From a virus, in IMG/VR virus record IMGVR_UViG_3300025012_000053, positions 30,415 through 94,414 of that record: a DNA stretch of 64,000 bases; one strand, 5' to 3'. A model generated the notes under the pieces. That model had not been told where the DNA came from. It ran no database searches and saw only the letters and a list, made by a program, of their open reading frames with translations. Positions 59,326 to 64,000 of the stretch are shown here, one piece after another; positions within the stretch are counted from its first letter, which is position 1; every line of letters starts with the position of its first letter. Position numbers and translations under genes: made by a program.

Positions 59326-59723
59326 ATGAAGTATTAAGTCATGATATGAAACTTCTTGGATTACATATGCCATATGGTGATGATCCGGAGACACCTATTC
59401 TTTGTAGTTACTTTGATGAATTACCGGACCATTTTACCAAATGCCTTAATTTCCGGGATCTTTATCGTCTTAAAAAACATAAAAGAAGCGATAATAAAGA
59501 TAATCTTGAGATCTTTGAAGGGCTTGATGTACTTATTCATGTACAATCAGAAAGTAGATATTATTACCGGATATTACAACCCTATACAGACATGAATAAA
59601 ATGCTTAAATATTTTAAAGATGGTAATCTTTATATTCTAAAGGATGAGCTCAGACAAAAAGAAGAACCGGTTGAAGAACCGGTCCCTGAAAAGAAAGTTG
59701 ATGATACAGAATTGTTGTTTTAA
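59322..59723 (+). CDS. hypothetical protein
   Basis: 133 aa; last plus-strand gene, converging on the giant gene. Confidence 0.55.
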   Translation: MNEVLSHDMKLLGLHMPYGDDPETPILCSYFDELPDHFTKCLNFRDLYRLKKHKRSDNKDNLEIFEGLDVLIHVQSESRYYYRILQPYTDMNKMLKYFKDGNLYILKDELRQKEEPVEEPVPEKKVDDTELLF

Positions 59724-62700
59724 CGCCATTTATTAGCCCAATGTTCAGTCCACCATGCTTCTGTCTGTGATGCATTTTGCAATTTCATTGCCATATCATG
59801 CCAGGCAGAAGCATATGGTACGGATCTCATAAACTCATTCCAGCCTCTTAACTGTCCTTTCTGAGTGAAAGCAGATTCTTTATCTCCAAGTGCAAGGTTT
59901 GCTGAGGCAAGCATCATCTGACCAAATGCTTCAGTAAACTTAAATGCTCTGGCAAATGATACAGGTCTTGTTACTGTCTCCATTGTACGAAGCATCTCTA
60001 TAGGATTATACTGCTGTGACTGGTTCTGTATAATATAATTCATCCACCATTTTTTAAATGTATCATCATCGTCTTTGTCATCGAATAATGCTAAATAACC
60101 AGCATATGAAAGAGCTATCATTCCAATACTGAGAATAGCATCGACAATATTCTGTTTTTGTTCTGTAGATAATGAACTCCATTTATAATCAGGACTACCA
60201 ATTTTAAGAGCTGTAAGAATAACATTAATAAGTGTTCTCCATCGTCCTTCATTAGTTCTTGCAAGCCATTCATACACATCCATCTTCTCTCCTGTTACTG
60301 GATCTATACGTGATTCTTCCATCTTTTTATATGTTCCAAGATCCACCTCTTCGCGTTTACTGCCAAGGGCATTTATTACAAGCCTCATGAAATATCTCTT
60401 AAACTGGACAAAAGCTTTCCCAAGCACATACAGTTCCAGGTTGGCAGCTTCTTCCTTGCGATATCCCCCCTGCATTCTTTCATGTACTTTCTTTAGTTTT
60501 GCTATCTCATGACCTGTTAATTCTGTTATCGGTGTATAAGATGCTGCACCACTCTTACCTGATTTTTCATATCCCCTGGTACCACCTATCCAGTAAACAT
60601 CTGTTATTCCATTTTCTGTTCTTACCTCATAAGAATCCCATAATGACTTTCCTGTCTTGGGATGCTTAAGATGTTTCATCTGGGCTGTCATAGTAGTAAG
60701 TGATACATATTCTTCACCTATACTATAAAATTTATACATTGATGATTCTGATAATGCCTGGTTACGAGTAGATAAAAGAAACCTTCTGTTAGTAGCATAA
60801 TCATAGTTATCAGGGATGTAATTTAATTTCCTTGCAAGCAGGAACATCTTATTCTTACGAAGATCTCCTATCATTGCATCTTTTATAAATGATCCCCAGT
60901 ACACTCCATCAGCAAAAGCATTATCCGATACTGTAAAGTCAATAGCATCGCCATCTATATGAAGGAACTTGCTTGCTATCGTACCTTTAAGTGCCTCTCT
61001 ATGGGTAAGCATCTTGGCAAATATAGCATTACCGGTACCCTGAACAGGTCTTAACCACATTATAGAAGCACTTGTCCAATGGACTAATGCTTCAAGGATC
61101 TTATCAGGAGATATATTTGCTTTGCCAAATGTTATAGGCTTGCCGGTATATTTAATTGGCTCTACCCTATTTTGAATATCAGCAATAAGCTTCTTCTCAA
61201 GAAACTTAGCAGTATTTTCAAACATAGGTTGACCATTGGAATACTTCTGCAATTCAAGATATACTTTTAATGCTTCTCCAACTACATATACATTATCCAT
61301 ATACTGTTTATGTAACATTGACTTATTGAACTGATCGAACATATATACTGCATTCTTGGTATAGTTACGGTCATTGATAACTATAGGATTATCCATGTAT
61401 TTCAAAGGAAGAGACATGGTAACATCATTATACATCTCAAACTCCTGTTCCGTGAACCATGTAAACTGTCTCTTGGCAGCTTCTTTTATTCTTTTAGCTG
61501 AAAATCGTCCAATAATATTAGCTCCCATTATATCACCATGTCCAGGAATCTTTCCAAGAATCTTTGCTCCCTCTTCATAATTTATTTCTTCATAGGTCTT
61601 CATAGTTTTTGGAAACCATCCGGGATAATATTTCATCTTACTCTCTTCTGTCTTATTCTTATTGAATATATCGAGCCAGGAATAAGACTTACCTTTCATT
61701 ACTGTAGCCTGCTGATTAAGATAAGCTTTTTCTCCAACGAACCATGAAGCAAATGTATTATTAAGAAACGTAAGAAGATCTTGCTTATTCTTATTAAGTC
61801 CTTTCCATTCCGGATCTGTTTCTGTTAATAATCTTTCTTCTTTAACTCCATTCTTTTCGAATTCTTTATACATAAATCCAAAGAGCTCTGCATAATTAAC
61901 ATTAGCCACCCTGCTATATCCTCCCCTGGAAATATTTAACTTTCCTTTCATATACTCTTTAAGAATAGGTTCTACAAATGTATTGAGCCTGAGAAGATCC
62001 ATTTCATGTTTCTGGGTATATGCATTCCATCTCTCATTACGTATTTTTACCCAAGGCTGGAATATTCCCATGTTAACATCAGAATAGTTACCTATCCATT
62101 GTGTTGCCCATCCAATATCTCCCTGTGGATATACATCGAGCTGCAGGGAAGGATCAGATTTTATATGCGCTATCTCTCTATAGAGCTGTGCAAGCCTTTT
62201 CTTTTCCCATTCCGGAAGCTCATCAACACGTATCTTCCTGTCAGTTACAAACTTTCCAAGTATTATCTGGATCTCATTTACTCTTCTTCTATATTCTTCT
62301 TCAGGGCGAAAAGGTGAATCTTTAAGGTTCTCGAATAATTCATCACCTGCCTTATCGGTATATTCTCCTACATTAAATATCTTAGGACTCTTTTCAAGAA
62401 TCTTCTTCATAACATTAGGATCAATACCAGCATCTTTAAGAGCCTGTTTGTCATTAAGGAACATCTTTATCATACTCAGGTATGATGATACTTCAACAAA
62501 CCTGTCCATGTCTTCTCTTTCAGCAACAAATCTTCCCGGGACCCATACTGTCATAAGATCCCTGAATTTCATATCAGGAAACTCAAGCTTGTAAAGGAAT
62601 GCATACCACATAACCTGAAGCTTTGCTCTCTCTCTCTGATTGTCTGAAATATATATATCCTGAATACCATATTTCATTGCTTCAGCGTTGAATCTCTTAC

Positions 62701-64000
62701 CAAAATTCTGACCGGTCTTCCAGTCTATAATACTAACTTTACCATCTGAATGGAATATCATAGAGTCTGTCGTACCGCCTATACCAAGGAGCTCACTATA
62801 TATTGATTGTTCAGGTAAAGCTATTATATCTCTCAAAGCATCAGGGAACCTACCAGGATCTTTAAGTATGTTCACTCCTGCCTGACTTAATATACGGTCC
62901 TGTATGCCTTTATCTTCAAGCCAGGAGTAATGTTCCGGCCTGGTTGACCCTTCACTCATGGATGCAATATCATTCATCTTCTTGAGTATATCTGTTTCAT
63001 TATACCCGAGATTGAATATCTTATTAAACATCTTCTTGAAATAAAGGTGCATGATATTACCTTTTATCATACCCTGCATAAAGTCTTTCTCTCTTCTCTC
63101 TTTGTATTGGTCATAGTTCTGCTCAATACCATCAATAGTAAATTTATGATCATGAGGCACTGTTCCCCAGCGAAGATCTGCCATATGCTGGCCAAAAGAT
63201 ACATTAGGATCAATTTTTGTATTGCTGAACCATGACATTGCACCGCCTACATTATCAGTGATCCTTCTTATCTTACGTGTAATACCATTAACAGAATATG
63301 TTGAAAGCTCTCTTCCTGTAGCATCAGTATCTACTTTTACCCTGGATGATATCTCCTGAATCTTCTTAGCACGCTCCAATACAGCCTTTCTGACCTCATC
63401 CACGTTCGTTGCTACTACCGATTCCACTTCTACCTCAAAAGGCATAGAAACCTTACTATATGCCTTTTGAGGTAGACTACGGAATATCTCTCCTTCTTTA
63501 GTAAATGATGGAGTATAAGGACTATGAAGTATTATCTGCAAGAAATCATATGACAAATCCTTTCCTATATTAAAGAATTCAAGTATCTTGTCTATAATCT
63601 TTCTCAGTAATGACTTCTCTTCTCCTTCTCTTTTGACCCGGTTCATTATCCTGGCAAACTCATCATTAGATAACAGTTCAGCTATAAATTCTTCTTTTGT
63701 CCTTAATCCCATAAATAACATAAGATCCTTTGTTGATGTATCAGGATCATAACCGTTATCAACAAGATACTCCTGTATTGCAATTTTAGCATGAGGAAGC
63801 GATATTAGATTGCCTGTCTTGCTATCTATGCTAAAGTGTTCATTTATAAGAGCCATTATATCTTCACTAAATTTAGCATCTTCAAGCAAACCAAGTACCG
63901 ATAATCCATGAACTATCTCATGAAAGAGAATCCTGTCTATCTTATCAATGTCAAGCCGACCATCATCTTCATAAAGGTTAACAAGATCAAGAGTTATATT
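59720..64000 (-). CDS. 3' part of a giant virion cargo/ejection protein with zincin and PD-(D/E)XK nuclease-like domains
   Basis: Frame stays open to the window edge (1427 codons); HEIVH at 63922-63908, EEFIAE, GGTTD...IIDWKTG...LQVMWY. Confidence 0.75.
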   Translation of the reverse strand, partial: NITLDLVNLYEDDGRLDIDKIDRILFHEIVHGLSVLGLLEDAKFSEDIMALINEHFSIDSKTGNLISLPHAKIAIQEYLVDNGYDPDTSTKDLMLFMGLRTKEEFIAELLSNDEFARIMNRVKREGEEKSLLRKIIDKILEFFNIGKDLSYDFLQIILHSPYTPSFTKEGEIFRSLPQKAYSKVSMPFEVEVESVVATNVDEVRKAVLERAKKIQEISSRVKVDTDATGRELSTYSVNGITRKIRRITDNVGGAMSWFSNTKIDPNVSFGQHMADLRWGTVPHDHKFTIDGIEQNYDQYKERREKDFMQGMIKGNIMHLYFKKMFNKIFNLGYNETDILKKMNDIASMSEGSTRPEHYSWLEDKGIQDRILSQAGVNILKDPGRFPDALRDIIALPEQSIYSELLGIGGTTDSMIFHSDGKVSIIDWKTGQNFGKRFNAEAMKYGIQDIYISDNQRERAKLQVMWYAFLYKLEFPDMKFRDLMTVWVPGRFVAEREDMDRFVEVSSYLSMIKMFLNDKQALKDAGIDPNVMKKILEKSPKIFNVGEYTDKAGDELFENLKDSPFRPEEEYRRRVNEIQIILGKFVTDRKIRVDELPEWEKKRLAQLYREIAHIKSDPSLQLDVYPQGDIGWATQWIGNYSDVNMGIFQPWVKIRNERWNAYTQKHEMDLLRLNTFVEPILKEYMKGKLNISRGGYSRVANVNYAELFGFMYKEFEKNGVKEERLLTETDPEWKGLNKNKQDLLTFLNNTFASWFVGEKAYLNQQATVMKGKSYSWLDIFNKNKTEESKMKYYPGWFPKTMKTYEEINYEEGAKILGKIPGHGDIMGANIIGRFSAKRIKEAAKRQFTWFTEQEFEMYNDVTMSLPLKYMDNPIVINDRNYTKNAVYMFDQFNKSMLHKQYMDNVYVVGEALKVYLELQKYSNGQPMFENTAKFLEKKLIADIQNRVEPIKYTGKPITFGKANISPDKILEALVHWTSASIMWLRPVQGTGNAIFAKMLTHREALKGTIASKFLHIDGDAIDFTVSDNAFADGVYWGSFIKDAMIGDLRKNKMFLLARKLNYIPDNYDYATNRRFLLSTRNQALSESSMYKFYSIGEEYVSLTTMTAQMKHLKHPKTGKSLWDSYEVRTENGITDVYWIGGTRGYEKSGKSGAASYTPITELTGHEIAKLKKVHERMQGGYRKEEAANLELYVLGKAFVQFKRYFMRLVINALGSKREEVDLGTYKKMEESRIDPVTGEKMDVYEWLARTNEGRWRTLINVILTALKIGSPDYKWSSLSTEQKQNIVDAILSIGMIALSYAGYLALFDDKDDDDTFKKWWMNYIIQNQSQQYNPIEMLRTMETVTRPVSFARAFKFTEAFGQMMLASANLALGDKESAFTQKGQLRGWNEFMRSVPYASAWHDMAMKLQNASQTEAWWTEHWANKWR

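Noticed and set aside
1-64000. Genome-wide stop-codon reassignment (code 15 or 4), as in some Crassvirales
   Set aside because: Long genes are intact in code 11, TAG and TGA terminate normal genes, the few internal stops are of three different types, and no suppressor tRNA was seen.

Overview
The window is a segment of a large AT-rich tailed-phage genome. Its head module looks crAss-like (Crassvirales-related), and a Bacteroidota host is likely, given TAnnTTTG promoters, Gln-after-cleavage signal peptides and a DUF3127 protein. Positions 1-35.6 kb are on the minus strand. They carry tail/fibre genes (an LRR-like protein and a Thr-rich collagen-like protein), a three-domain glycosyltransferase, ring and auxiliary capsid proteins, major capsid protein, scaffold-like protein, portal, large terminase, an IHF-like protein and GroES. 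They also carry a sugar-modification operon: intein-containing UDP-glucose dehydrogenase, SAM methyltransferase, radical SAM, B12-dependent radical SAM and two glycosyltransferases. Positions 35.6-38.2 kb are the strand-switch control region, with five pairs of TTTAC-N5-GTAAA palindromes, each pair exactly 31 bp apart. Positions 38.2-59.7 kb are on the plus strand: early and replication genes (tRNA-Gln, DnaA-C HTH, nucleotidyltransferase-like, RadC, DnaB, HNH-AP2, SMC-like ATPase, SSB, Cas4-like nuclease, RusA, lytic transglycosylase), with no recognisable DNA polymerase or primase. Positions 59.7-64 kb hold the 3' part of a giant minus-strand virion cargo protein. The best novelty candidates are a putative virion (or DNA) glycosylation system using a radical-SAM-tailored sugar, a mini-protein carrying a copy of a capsid peptide, and the paired-palindrome array. 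Several genes have single in-frame stops or 1-nt frameshifts that may be sequence errors. All family assignments come from recognising motifs by eye; no database searches were run.
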